The notes under the pieces were generated by a model. The model did no database searches. It was given only the letters and a program-made list of their open reading frames with translations, and was not told the DNA's origin. DNA of 64,000 nucleotides from positions 355 through 64,354 of the forward strand of contig SLTG01000021.1 of NCBI GenBank assembly GCA_007130045.1, given 5' to 3'. The stretch's first letter is position 1. The number at the start of each line of letters is the position of its first letter. Made by a program: the position numbers and the translations under genes. Origin of the DNA: Opitutales bacterium. Lineage in GTDB: Bacteria; Verrucomicrobiota; Verrucomicrobiia; Opitutales; T3Sed10-336. This document shows, piece by piece, positions 33,501-43,283 of this stretch.

Positions 33501-34287
33501 GCTCACATGGATTGCCTCGAACGACGACGCCGATTTGTCTCTTCAGAGCAAGGTCGAGTTTCAAGCCGTCAGAGACACCGTCTATCACATCGCCGTTGAC
33601 GGATACAGGGGCGCTTCTGGTCAAATCGCGCTCAACTGGGCACTCGTCGTGACGTCCGAACCGCCCGTCATCACCAGCCCGTTGACCGCCGCGGGCAACG
33701 TCGGCGTGCCGTTCCGCTATGAGATCATCGCAACAAACGATCCCCTCTTTCACGGGTGCGCCGGATTGCCCGAGGGTCTAACGGTTGACGAGACCACGGG
33801 CGTCATATCCGGGATACCGCGAAAAATGGGGATATTCGATGTTGCGCTCACAGCTTCGAACGAATCCGGTGAATGCGCCGAAACGCTCAAAGTCACGATC
33901 GCCGCAAGACCGTTCGATCTGTGGCGGGTCGAACATTTCGGCCCCGACGCCGGCGATCCGGAAAAGGGAGGAGCGTACGGCGACTACAACGGCGACGGAG
34001 TCGTGAACCTGATGAAATACGCGCTCGGCCACGACCCGGCAACCCGCACGCCGTTCGAGCCGCCGCACCTTGAGAAAGGGGCGATAGTCCTCACCTATAC
34101 CCGCCGCCGCGAACCAACCGATGTCGAGTACACCGTAAAAGTATCGGAGGATCTGCATTACTGGCACGACCCCGGAGCGGCGCTCGTTGAGAAAGTTCTC
34201 GAAGACGGCGAAATCCAGAAGATCGAGGCAGGAATCGCGACCGACCATCGCAGACTCTTCCTGCGCCTGGAAGTTCGGTTGCGGTGA
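30526..34287 (+). CDS. Secreted multidomain S8 (subtilisin-like) serine protease with FN3, PPC-like and Ig-like domains
   Basis: RBS AAGGAGG before ATG 30526. Catalytic motifs VAVIDSG, HGTACAG, FAAGN and GTSSSAP. FN3 segment APTNLTA...YFFRVYAFN, PPC-like GSDFDTVLAVY, He_PIG-like GLPEGLTVDETTGVISG and C-terminal DYNGDGVVNLMKYALG...FLRLEV. Confidence 0.93.
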   Translation: MKSLHAEWSKHLGGLRRWARRRLQFSRKILRKRFRLLCQTFFLRTLLLAISVFVCGSGFADEAPKYSYYHQDELIVLKPSPRLIVLPSDEITMSEFLGDRRIHRDRLSDSSALRERGIAVYRIPVSKGQTPEPAMSPALIEIFIHNTGKVSQPVFEQGASVLIPADEVIVGLDGIASLDQAVAFLGPNMDNLGIVAMRAHRPNTFIVTIQPAGNGRAFDIARALSARKEVTFAEPNFIVISRNGLYSPAPAARTIPTARPVPEVAALPAETWRETEAPFTTVTTSGAGAVEWVTIASLDFESPDLPYGWSSVYYLGATPAHWGRTSYRARSGSHSLYCAAGGFFGTPAPGPAPASMHAYLMSPFFNFQAYQEVYLEFWFYAKNEQYPDSNPEQFFDYAEIEIIDYDTGRTDSRMLVSGAGGDMTLDPTTENGWRRALIRVGPGLRKNVVFFFNFITDWSVQTEGVYLDDIRIIGTTNVDAFPVSNDTYSARQYELRNSGQIAGLGNRTNDMKVPEAWDLVSVSPDIVVAVIDSGVDLGHPDLNLVTGYNADGTVGGGPDANYPDAHGTACAGNVGAIGNNNAGVVGVAPGVKIMPINNGGETATMATALDVAVLRGAKILSNSWGWVGAPSTDITNAVNDALSAGRIVVFAAGNGPDRAPWTYEVAFPGSLTGSSDVISVGASSPTDEHKSASSSDGEFAWGSSYIGAGPDIVAPGPWSYTTDIRGAAGYNDGSKLADPAYNPAFGGTSSSAPKVSGIVALMLSGNPHLTPGQVKSILASTADDIDAPGLDDKTGAGRVNAFKAVLAAQGGSVPEAPAAPTNLTAAATATDRIDLAWTDNATNEDGFRIQIRTGLAGDWTTDPGVWPADTTGASIQNLDSSTPYFFRVYAFNSAGNSGFSNEASATTPPDETGPSNDRFAGATIIHGLSGAVSATNTGASREPGEPDHANVPGGGSVWFRWTSPSQGVASFDTFGSDFDTVLAVYTGDNVAALTWIASNDDADLSLQSKVEFQAVRDTVYHIAVDGYRGASGQIALNWALVVTSEPPVITSPLTAAGNVGVPFRYEIIATNDPLFHGCAGLPEGLTVDETTGVISGIPRKMGIFDVALTASNESGECAETLKVTIAARPFDLWRVEHFGPDAGDPEKGGAYGDYNGDGVVNLMKYALGHDPATRTPFEPPHLEKGAIVLTYTRRREPTDVEYTVKVSEDLHYWHDPGAALVEKVLEDGEIQKIEAGIATDHRRLFLRLEVRLR

Positions 34288-34406
34288 TTCCTCTGAAGAA
34301 CGTAACGCGCCGGCGTACCCGGGCACATGCCGCTGCCGCACGAAGCGCCCGCAGGCGGTCACGATGGAAGCTCCGGGGATAAACCCCGTCGCCAAAAAAA
34401 TACAGA

Positions 34407-34500
34407 CAACAACCAAATACCACCAACCGACACCAAACGCCCCACGACCCTCGCCCCACGACCCTCGCCCCACGACCCAACGAGCGCCAACCGCCAACCC
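34407..34500. repeat. 7/14-bp periodic tandem repeat tract (GCCCCACGACCCTC, nearly 3 copies at 34439-34478)
   Basis: Read directly. C/A-rich on the + strand, lying between convergent genes. Confidence 0.85.
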
Positions 34501-34516
34501 GGGGCAAGGCCCGTCC

Positions 34517-35356
34517 CTACCCCATCAACGCGGGACGGTTCGTCCGGTTGGTCACTTTCTTGCGGATCCACTCACCGAGGAAATCCAGTACCGTGACGAG
34601 GACCAGGATGAAAATCAGCACGGTGGCGAACCGGTCCCACATTCCGTAATCCTGGTAGAAAAAAAGCTGAACCCCGATCCCGCCCGCGCCGACGATTCCG
34701 ACGATCGCGGCGGAACGGATATTGTATTCGAGCATCCAGAGCGAATAACTCCAGACCAGCGGCTTCGCGTGGGGCCACATGCCGTGCTGAAACGCCTGCA
34801 ACGGATCGGCCCCGATCGCGCGAAGGCTCTTGGCAACCTCCACGTCGACCGATTCAAAGGCATCCGAAAAAAACTTTCCGAGATACCCCATGCTGTAGAA
34901 CGTCAGCGCCACCACCCCGGCAAGGCTGTTGGCGCCCACGACCGCAACCGCGATCAGCGCCCAGATCAGGCTCGGAACCGTTCGAATCATGTTCATGATC
35001 ATCCGCGCGACGATCACCAGCCACTTCGGCGAAACGGTCTGCGCCCCTGCGGCGGCGAGCGGGAAGGACAGGATCACCGCGAAGAACGTCGCCATCACCG
35101 CCATCTGAATCGTTTCCAGGAGCGCGAGAAGAGTCACTCCGACAACCTGCGCCGAGAAATCGGGGGGGAAGAAATTCCCCGCGAACCGGATAAAGTTGCC
35201 CAGGTAATCGAGGTCGCGCCCCGAGCCCTTGACGACCGGGCTGGAAAGAACGACCGCAACAAGAAAGATCAACAGCGAGACATTGAGCACATTGAGGCGC
35301 TCGTGCCATTTGAGTTCCGGGTACTCACCGGTGGGACGCGCGGCTGGATCGGTCAT
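34517..35356 (-). CDS. phnE: Phosphonate/phosphite ABC transporter permease
   Basis: ETIQMA, IRTVPSLIWAL, GKFFSDAFE and LEYNIRSAAIVGIVGAGGIG. Confidence 0.9.
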   Translation of the reverse strand: MTDPAARPTGEYPELKWHERLNVLNVSLLIFLVAVVLSSPVVKGSGRDLDYLGNFIRFAGNFFPPDFSAQVVGVTLLALLETIQMAVMATFFAVILSFPLAAAGAQTVSPKWLVIVARMIMNMIRTVPSLIWALIAVAVVGANSLAGVVALTFYSMGYLGKFFSDAFESVDVEVAKSLRAIGADPLQAFQHGMWPHAKPLVWSYSLWMLEYNIRSAAIVGIVGAGGIGVQLFFYQDYGMWDRFATVLIFILVLVTVLDFLGEWIRKKVTNRTNRPALMG

Positions 35357-35503
35357 CGGTTATCTGATCGCACCGAGCCGCGCGCACCGGTATCACGCCG
35401 CGTTCCGGCTTCCGGATCAACGCCCGCCGAATCGGTCGGCTCGCTCCGGGAATCAATTTGAATATCAGGCCGTCGCCCGTGAACTGCCCTGATCGAACCC
35501 ATT

Positions 35504-36289
35504 TCAACGAACGTCCCGAAGCCGCCACCCCTCGGGATTGAGGGGGTCGAGGCTCAGCGCCTTGTCGGCGAACCGGGCGACGAATTCAGGATTGTGAAGG
35601 ACGCAGAAGACCGAACGGCGGCGCACGCTTGCCTCCTGGCGGAGAATCCCCAGGACGCGCCCGGAAAAGTAGCCGTCGAGGTTGGAGACCGGTTCGTCGG
35701 CCAGAAAGAGTTCGGGTTGCTGAAAAAGCGCCCGGGCGATCGCGGTGCGCTGCTGCTCGCCGCCGGAGATTTCGACCGCCCAACGGTGAAGGTAACCGCC
35801 AAGGCCGAGATCATCCAGAATCGCATAGGCTTCACGCCTGTCCGACTTGGGAAATCCGAACAGCGTCCGCAAACCGGAATAGCGCCCCATCCGCCCGCAC
35901 AGGACGTTCGATAGAACGGTGTTGTTCGGCGTGAGCATGAAGTTCTGGAAGATGATCCCGGTACGGCGACGGAAATCCTGCGGTGCATGGAGGCAGCCCT
36001 CCGTGCACCGGTACTTCACCTCCCCTTCCGTCGGCTTCAGGATCCCCGCAAGACACGCCAGCAGACTGGACTTGCCGACACCGGAAGGCCCGACGACCGC
36101 CAGAAACGAGCCCCGCGGCACGTCGAGATCGAGATTGCGCACGAGCCAGCGGCCCCCGCGCCGGATCCCCAGATTGCGCACGCTCAGGTGCGGGGCTTCG
36201 TTCCCGGTCGCATCGGCCGCCTCTGCGGCCGCCTTCCGGTTGTCCGGCGAAGTCCCGCCGGAAACGTTCTTCGTGTTTAAGGTTACCAT
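35504..36289 (-). CDS. phnC: Phosphonate ABC transporter ATP-binding protein
   Basis: GPSGVGKS, NVLCGR, ISGGEQQR and LADEPVSNLD. Confidence 0.88.
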   Translation of the reverse strand: MVTLNTKNVSGGTSPDNRKAAAEAADATGNEAPHLSVRNLGIRRGGRWLVRNLDLDVPRGSFLAVVGPSGVGKSSLLACLAGILKPTEGEVKYRCTEGCLHAPQDFRRRTGIIFQNFMLTPNNTVLSNVLCGRMGRYSGLRTLFGFPKSDRREAYAILDDLGLGGYLHRWAVEISGGEQQRTAIARALFQQPELFLADEPVSNLDGYFSGRVLGILRQEASVRRRSVFCVLHNPEFVARFADKALSLDPLNPEGWRLRDVR

Positions 36290-36333
36290 GTCCTCTCAGG
36301 GTCGGCGGTTGCAGGAATGAATTCTCTTGAATC

Positions 36334-37248
36334 CTATCGAACCGGCATGCGGCGCGCCAGCGCCAGCGCCTCTTCAATACTGGCCAGGTGCTCTGCCGCA
36401 TCCACTTCAATGATACGCGAAGTGAAAACCCGGTCGCGCAATTCATGATGTTCTTCTTCATTCAGAGTCAGGAGCGCGTCGCGAAGCAGGGACTTGTCGT
36501 CATCCGACAACGCCGACCTCACCGCGATCACGTGAGTGGGCACCGGTCCCTGTTCGGCCATCATCCGCAGACGCGCACGCTGGTCGTCGTTTAAATGCCG
36601 GTCCTCTTCCAGCACGTAATAACTTACCGCTGCCGCTTCGGCGTCTCCATTCAGAACCCGGTTGACCGCGGAAACGTAGCCCGTTCCGTAAAAAACATTG
36701 CCCGTTCCGAAGAATCCTTCGGGTCCGGTCTCCTCGTCGATCAGCCCTCTGCGGTGAAGGTCCCAAAGCGGAATGACGTAGCCCGAAGTGCTGGTGCGGC
36801 TTGAAAACGCGACCGGCCGCCCCTCGAGATCCTCGACACTCCCGGAGCCGTTGTCCGCCAAGGTCACCCAGTAGCTGGTGTAATACGTTCTTCCCTCGAT
36901 CTCACCGGCCAGAAGAATTTCGGCCAGGTTTCGCTCCTTCGCGTGCGCCATTTCCGTGCCGCTCACGAAGGCGAGATCGATTGTCCCGTTGGCAAAGCCT
37001 TCCTGAATCACCGATCCGGACAGCGGCACGATAACCTCCACCGGAACTCCGATTCTCGAGGACAGATAGGCTTCCAGCGCCCTTGTCTCGCCGAGCATCT
37101 TGTCGGGATCCTTGTCCGGTTTGAGAGCGATCACCAGTCGGCTTTCCGAAAACGGCGAATCTCCGTCGACCCCGCCTTGCTGCGAACAGGCCGCCAAAAA
37201 GAACAACAGCGACACTCCGGTCGCCCCGAAAATGAAATTGAGTCTCAT
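36334..37248 (-). CDS. phnD: PhnD-family phosphate/phosphite/phosphonate-binding lipoprotein
   Basis: Lipobox LAAC after ATG 37248 and anion-binding motif SSRTSTSGY. Confidence 0.85.
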   Translation of the reverse strand: MRLNFIFGATGVSLLFFLAACSQQGGVDGDSPFSESRLVIALKPDKDPDKMLGETRALEAYLSSRIGVPVEVIVPLSGSVIQEGFANGTIDLAFVSGTEMAHAKERNLAEILLAGEIEGRTYYTSYWVTLADNGSGSVEDLEGRPVAFSSRTSTSGYVIPLWDLHRRGLIDEETGPEGFFGTGNVFYGTGYVSAVNRVLNGDAEAAAVSYYVLEEDRHLNDDQRARLRMMAEQGPVPTHVIAVRSALSDDDKSLLRDALLTLNEEEHHELRDRVFTSRIIEVDAAEHLASIEEALALARRMPVR

Positions 37249-37265
37249 GATTGAAATCACCTTTG

Positions 37266-38700
<1,435 letters not shown>

Positions 38701-38775
38701 ATAATTAATTCTCCCGAATGAGGTTGATCTTTGCGCGGTTAATCCCACAATGTAGAGTCAGCTTAGGCTTCGTTG

Positions 38776-39498
38776 ATGAGCGACTACGATCACGAAAACT
38801 TCTCCGAAGGCGATTGGGACGACAGGAGTGAACTTGCATGGAGCGAGTTCGACTGGGAACGGTACCTTTGTGAACAGGAGGACACCTTCCACCGGTACCT
38901 CGCGCTCTACGCAAAGTACCGGACCCGTCCGGACAGGCTGGACAAGGTGGCTTATCACATGGGCTGGGATTCGGGCGAGTGGGCCTCCGCCCACCCGCTC
39001 GGAGAGGATGAGGACTTTCCGGACGACGACCTGTTCGCCGGTTTGGCGGACGAACGGTTTGAGGACGATGACACGGAGGATCCGATGGATCCCTACACTC
39101 TCTACCGTCATCCGATCTTCGTCGCCACCAAGTCCCTTTATATGAGTCTGCACGAAACGTGGGAACGTTTGATCTCGAATCCGGCCAACCAACTGCATCC
39201 GCAACTGGTCAATTCCTACCAGAAATGTTTGCAACAGGGGGAAACGAATGCGATTTTTGCGATTCACGCACTGGACATGGGCGATTACACGCTTTGTGTC
39301 GCCCAGCTTAAACGCGCGCTGAGCGCGCTCAACAACTCCATTCATTTCCTGGAGGAGGTCTCGGGATCCAGGACCTACGCAACGTCGATTTATCAACAGG
39401 AAGCACTGACACAACTTTTCGACCTCAGAGAAATCTGGTTGAGAGTAATTAAATATTGCCGGGAAGAAGCCAATCGTCGCTATAACGAAGGCGACTGA
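38776..39498 (+). CDS. Hypothetical acidic, helical protein
   Basis: Clean 240-aa ORF with coding-like composition downstream of eno; no family recognised. Confidence 0.75.
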   Translation: MSDYDHENFSEGDWDDRSELAWSEFDWERYLCEQEDTFHRYLALYAKYRTRPDRLDKVAYHMGWDSGEWASAHPLGEDEDFPDDDLFAGLADERFEDDDTEDPMDPYTLYRHPIFVATKSLYMSLHETWERLISNPANQLHPQLVNSYQKCLQQGETNAIFAIHALDMGDYTLCVAQLKRALSALNNSIHFLEEVSGSRTYATSIYQQEALTQLFDLREIWLRVIKYCREEANRRYNEGD

Positions 39499-39530
39499 TT
39501 TCCGAACGCCACCAGCCCGTTCCTTTCGCC

Positions 39531-40352
39531 GTGATCAATACAGTTATGGCCTATAGGTTTGATTGCACCCTCAATCCGGGGCAATGCCGTGCCCGCCTCC
39601 AGGGATGGCAGCGTCGCGCCCTCCGCGGCGACTCCGAAGCGTTTGCCTCGCTCGCGGCGCCCTATCTCGATCTGATTACCGAATACCTGACTCTTTGCGG
39701 GGTTAAAGGGGAAGAGGAGCTCCGCGTGAAAATTCGGGACATTCTGCACGAGAACTGGAGACTGCTTCCTTTTGCCAACAAGGTCACCGAATTCGAGAGA
39801 CTGCTGGCCACGGTTCTTTTTTCGGTTCGCCTGACCGATAACGCCGCATCCTGTTCGAGCGTCATCGAGCCGCTGACCGGGCTCGACCCGCGAAGCAGGT
39901 TTGCTTTCCTCGCCCGCGATTTTGAAGACTGGGACTACGCCGCGACAGCAGCCACGCTGCGGATTACCCGGAAAGACCTGGATGAAATCCTTATTTCAGT
40001 GCGATGCCGCCTGCTCGGTGTGGACCTGCGAAGGCTCGACAAGCCGACCGTCGCATGCATCCGGAAGCTCTCGCTCGACTTCGACGGTCGCCGCTCCCGG
40101 CGCGAAAAAAAGAAGCTGTCATGCGAACTCGGACTACTTCCGGAAGCCCTGGACTTCAAGTCCCGGTGGCTCGACCTGCGGTGCCAACTGATTGAATTCC
40201 GGCAAGAAATCCGTCTGTCCGACGAGGATAAAGCGGAGCTGCTGGAGAATGTTGCCGGGGAACTGCAGTCCGTCGAAATGATTCGGGTCCCCTTCCTCGA
40301 ACGCTTTGTCAACCGCTTCACGGCGCGTCCGGCGTCGGTTACATCGCTCTGA
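39531..40352 (+). CDS. Degenerate ECF sigma-factor-like protein with C-terminal extension
   Basis: RALRGDSEAFASL (region 2 start) and LDPRSRFAFLARDFEDWDYAATAATLRI (region 4 pattern). Confidence 0.6.
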   Translation: MINTVMAYRFDCTLNPGQCRARLQGWQRRALRGDSEAFASLAAPYLDLITEYLTLCGVKGEEELRVKIRDILHENWRLLPFANKVTEFERLLATVLFSVRLTDNAASCSSVIEPLTGLDPRSRFAFLARDFEDWDYAATAATLRITRKDLDEILISVRCRLLGVDLRRLDKPTVACIRKLSLDFDGRRSRREKKKLSCELGLLPEALDFKSRWLDLRCQLIEFRQEIRLSDEDKAELLENVAGELQSVEMIRVPFLERFVNRFTARPASVTSL

Positions 40353-40558
40353 CCCCCAATATGCCCCGCCCGAACGCCCGTGACCGCATCCTCGACTGAA
40401 CGTCACACCTTCGTTGGCTGCCGAGGGCCGGATGCAGGCGTGTTTGACGTGATTTTTATTGTTCCTCAACGTGTTTGTTGAAGGCCAACGGCGCAGTCCG
40501 ATTTTGTCCAGTCCGTGCAAGGGGCGCTTGAGCCGCTTTGTGGTCGTGCGGGTACTGG

Positions 40559-41842
40559 TCATTCGATGGTGAATGAATGAAACAGAAGGCGGTTCACCTT
40601 CGGCGCTTCGAAAACAAAACACAAATCCTCACGCCGGGCGTTTCCCGGAAGGTCGATGGTCAGTCTCCGGACTCCCTCCCCGGAGATCGCACCTCTGCCT
40701 TGTCCAAGGAGGACGCCGGAGGGATTATGACGACGGACGGAAACAACGGTTTCGCCCGGATTGCCTTTGAATTTCAGAATTAACCTGCGGGCTGAAGCCG
40801 TCGGCACCTCCACACGAGGGAAGGTAACGAATCCGCCCGAAACCGCAGGTCTCACAACGACACTGCCATCGTCGTCCAGCTCTTTCTCCACTTGATCCGC
40901 TGCAAAGTAATGACCGGCTGTGACGGCATGCCGCCCTGGAAAGTATTGGCCCACTCCCCAGGTTTGTATCCAGATGGGATCAATGTCGCCGCCGGGCAGG
41001 TAGTGAACATAGCTAATCCATGAACTCCGGAAATACCGGTTCCCCGAATGACTCATATCGCAATAGGTGAAATAGGACTGGTTGTGCCAGTCAAAGAAAG
41101 ATCCATGGCGGCCCTGCGTCGGTCCGTGAGGCCACGTTGGTTGCCGCATTTTGAAATCAATTCGTTCCGCACAGAGAAAACTTCCTTTGCACTGGTAGGG
41201 CCCCATCAGAGTATGGGACACGGCGTAATAACACCCCCAGGAAAGATAATAGAGTCCATTCCTCCGATGAAGAAAAACTTTATCATCGGTCTTCCCCTTC
41301 CCGTAGGGACCTTCCGGATCCAGGATCTCCAATCTGCGTGGCGCTTCAGCAATCCCCGTCATGTCGTCAAGCAACGGAGCGATATAATAATCCCAAACGC
41401 CAAAGATGATGTAAATTCGACCATCGTCGTCCTTGAAGAGTGCGGGGTCGTAAACTTCCGTGGGAACGATGCCGTTCTTGAGAAAAGGCCCCTTAAGATA
41501 GTCCTTCCATGGGCCACCCGGACGCTCCCCCACGACAACTCCGATCTGACGACGATCCTCCTGGGGCACGACTTCGGAAAAGAACCAGTAGTAGCGCCCC
41601 TTGTGCTCGACCGCGTCAGTCGCCCAACAACCTTGTATCGGCTTGCCGATGTAGGTTTGCTCAGGCTTCAGAGTCGATTCCAACGACCAATCGAGAAGAT
41701 TGTCCGAAGACCAGACCTGCCAGTCCCGCATGTCAAAGCGAGTGTTGGCCCGATCAAAATCATGAGAGGCGTAAAGGTATGCGCGGTCCCGGAAAATGCG
41801 AATGTGAGGATCGGTAATTCCGGCGTCGGGCAAGTTCATCAA
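40559..41842 (-). CDS. GH43 family glycoside hydrolase with C-terminal CBM6-like domain
   Basis: ITDPHIRIF..RAYLYASHD, CWATDAV, YDPALFKDDDG.IY and YYLSW, followed by a C-terminal beta-sandwich. Confidence 0.85.
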   Translation of the reverse strand: MMNLPDAGITDPHIRIFRDRAYLYASHDFDRANTRFDMRDWQVWSSDNLLDWSLESTLKPEQTYIGKPIQGCWATDAVEHKGRYYWFFSEVVPQEDRRQIGVVVGERPGGPWKDYLKGPFLKNGIVPTEVYDPALFKDDDGRIYIIFGVWDYYIAPLLDDMTGIAEAPRRLEILDPEGPYGKGKTDDKVFLHRRNGLYYLSWGCYYAVSHTLMGPYQCKGSFLCAERIDFKMRQPTWPHGPTQGRHGSFFDWHNQSYFTYCDMSHSGNRYFRSSWISYVHYLPGGDIDPIWIQTWGVGQYFPGRHAVTAGHYFAADQVEKELDDDGSVVVRPAVSGGFVTFPRVEVPTASARRLILKFKGNPGETVVSVRRHNPSGVLLGQGRGAISGEGVRRLTIDLPGNARREDLCFVFEAPKVNRLLFHSFTIE

Positions 41843-41909
41843 GGACCAATGGATTGATAACAGTGGCTAATTCGGTTGAAGCGGAATTTCTTACTCTTTT
41901 ACAGATGGG

Positions 41910-43277
41910 TTATTTCGCGGCCTTCAACATCTCTTCCAGTCGCTTGCGCATCTCCTCGAGTTCCCTGGCATAAGCGGGGTTGTCCACTTGATTCGTCTTC
42001 TCCGTTGGGTCCACCTGCAAGTCGAAAAGCTGTTCGTAGTCCCACTCCGGCCAATAAGCGTATTTAAGGTCCCGGCGCACAACAGCCTGTGATGCGGGTA
42101 TGCGGTTCTTGTCAGTGATGGTTGGATGTTCATACAAGAATTCATCGCGCCAACCCGAAGGATCATCGACAAGGTAAAGCCGAGCCAGATCTTCGCCCTG
42201 GATCCCCTCGGGAACAGTCAGTCCGGCGGCGGCGAGAATGGTAGGCGCCAAGTCGATGTTCAACACCATTTCATCCCGCTTGATCCCACGTTCCTCCGCC
42301 GGCAAACGGGGGTCGTACACAATCAGGGGTACGCGGATGGACTCCTCATACGGATACCACTTATCAGCCAGCCCGCGATCGGCGTGAAAGTAACCATTGT
42401 CTCCCATGAAAATGATCAACGTGTTTTCGTACACCCCCTGATCTTTAAGCTCGGTGACGAGCCGGCCGACCGCTTCATCAAGCTCCGTGATCAAACGAAA
42501 GTAATTGGTCATGTATTCCTGGTATCGCTCCGGCGTATCAAAGCGCCAGTGGAAGCGGATGCGGCCCTCGTTGGACTCCTGGGAGAGAAATTCCGGCAGC
42601 GCTTCAAGATATGATGGGGCCATTTTCACCGACTCGGGTATCGTCACCCCTTCGTAGTATTTGGCGCTCCAATCCTGAGGCAGGTATTGCTCCGGCGCCC
42701 GGTCTTCAGCGTGGGGGGCAAAATAGGACAGGCTCAGGATAAACGGCTGACCGGTTGGGCGTTCTCTGAGAAACTCAAGCGAGTCCTGCGCGTTTCGCTC
42801 GGTGACGTGAATACGTTCTCCGTCGATTTCATACCAATGACGGCCATGATACGAACGGACGAAATCAAAGTCGTCTTCTCGAATGGAGCCGACATGATAT
42901 TTCCCCACAAACCCACTCCAATAACCGGCGGACCGCATGACCGCGGGATACGTCTCGGAAAACGCCTTCGGGGCAAGCTCCTTGCCGAACCGGTCGATCC
43001 CGTGCCGCGACATGTACTGGCCGGTTAGAATCGATGCCCGGCTGGTCATGCAGATGCTGGTGGTGACAAACGCATCGGTAAAATGCACGCCGGTTTCCGC
43101 GAGTCTATCCAGGTGTGGCGTGTGAATAAATTCGCTTCCCCCGGCGCCGAACGCGTCCCAACGCTGATCGTCCGAAACCAGGACCACGACATTCATCGCC
43201 TCGGAACTTGCTTTGCCGCCGCAAACGCACGCGGTTACAGCCGTTGCGAGCAGAGTGAGAGCAGACAGTTTCTTCAT
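41910..43277 (-). CDS. Sulfatase (S1, Cys-type)
   Basis: SDDQR, TPHLDRLA, SICMTSRASILTG, GKYH, APH, GDNG and YEESIRVPL. Confidence 0.93.
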   Translation of the reverse strand: MKKLSALTLLATAVTACVCGGKASSEAMNVVVLVSDDQRWDAFGAGGSEFIHTPHLDRLAETGVHFTDAFVTTSICMTSRASILTGQYMSRHGIDRFGKELAPKAFSETYPAVMRSAGYWSGFVGKYHVGSIREDDFDFVRSYHGRHWYEIDGERIHVTERNAQDSLEFLRERPTGQPFILSLSYFAPHAEDRAPEQYLPQDWSAKYYEGVTIPESVKMAPSYLEALPEFLSQESNEGRIRFHWRFDTPERYQEYMTNYFRLITELDEAVGRLVTELKDQGVYENTLIIFMGDNGYFHADRGLADKWYPYEESIRVPLIVYDPRLPAEERGIKRDEMVLNIDLAPTILAAAGLTVPEGIQGEDLARLYLVDDPSGWRDEFLYEHPTITDKNRIPASQAVVRRDLKYAYWPEWDYEQLFDLQVDPTEKTNQVDNPAYARELEEMRKRLEEMLKAAK

Positions 43278-43283
43278 GATTGA

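Noticed and set aside
34374-34389. CGGGGATAAACC, resembling the 3' half of a type I-E CRISPR repeat
   Set aside because: Only one copy was seen, with no spacers and no cas genes. It is better explained as a REP-like hairpin.
28419-35461. Long opposite-strand ORFs 28419-29633, 31690-33153 and 34187-35461
   Set aside because: They are shadows of pilT, the S8 protease and phnE respectively.
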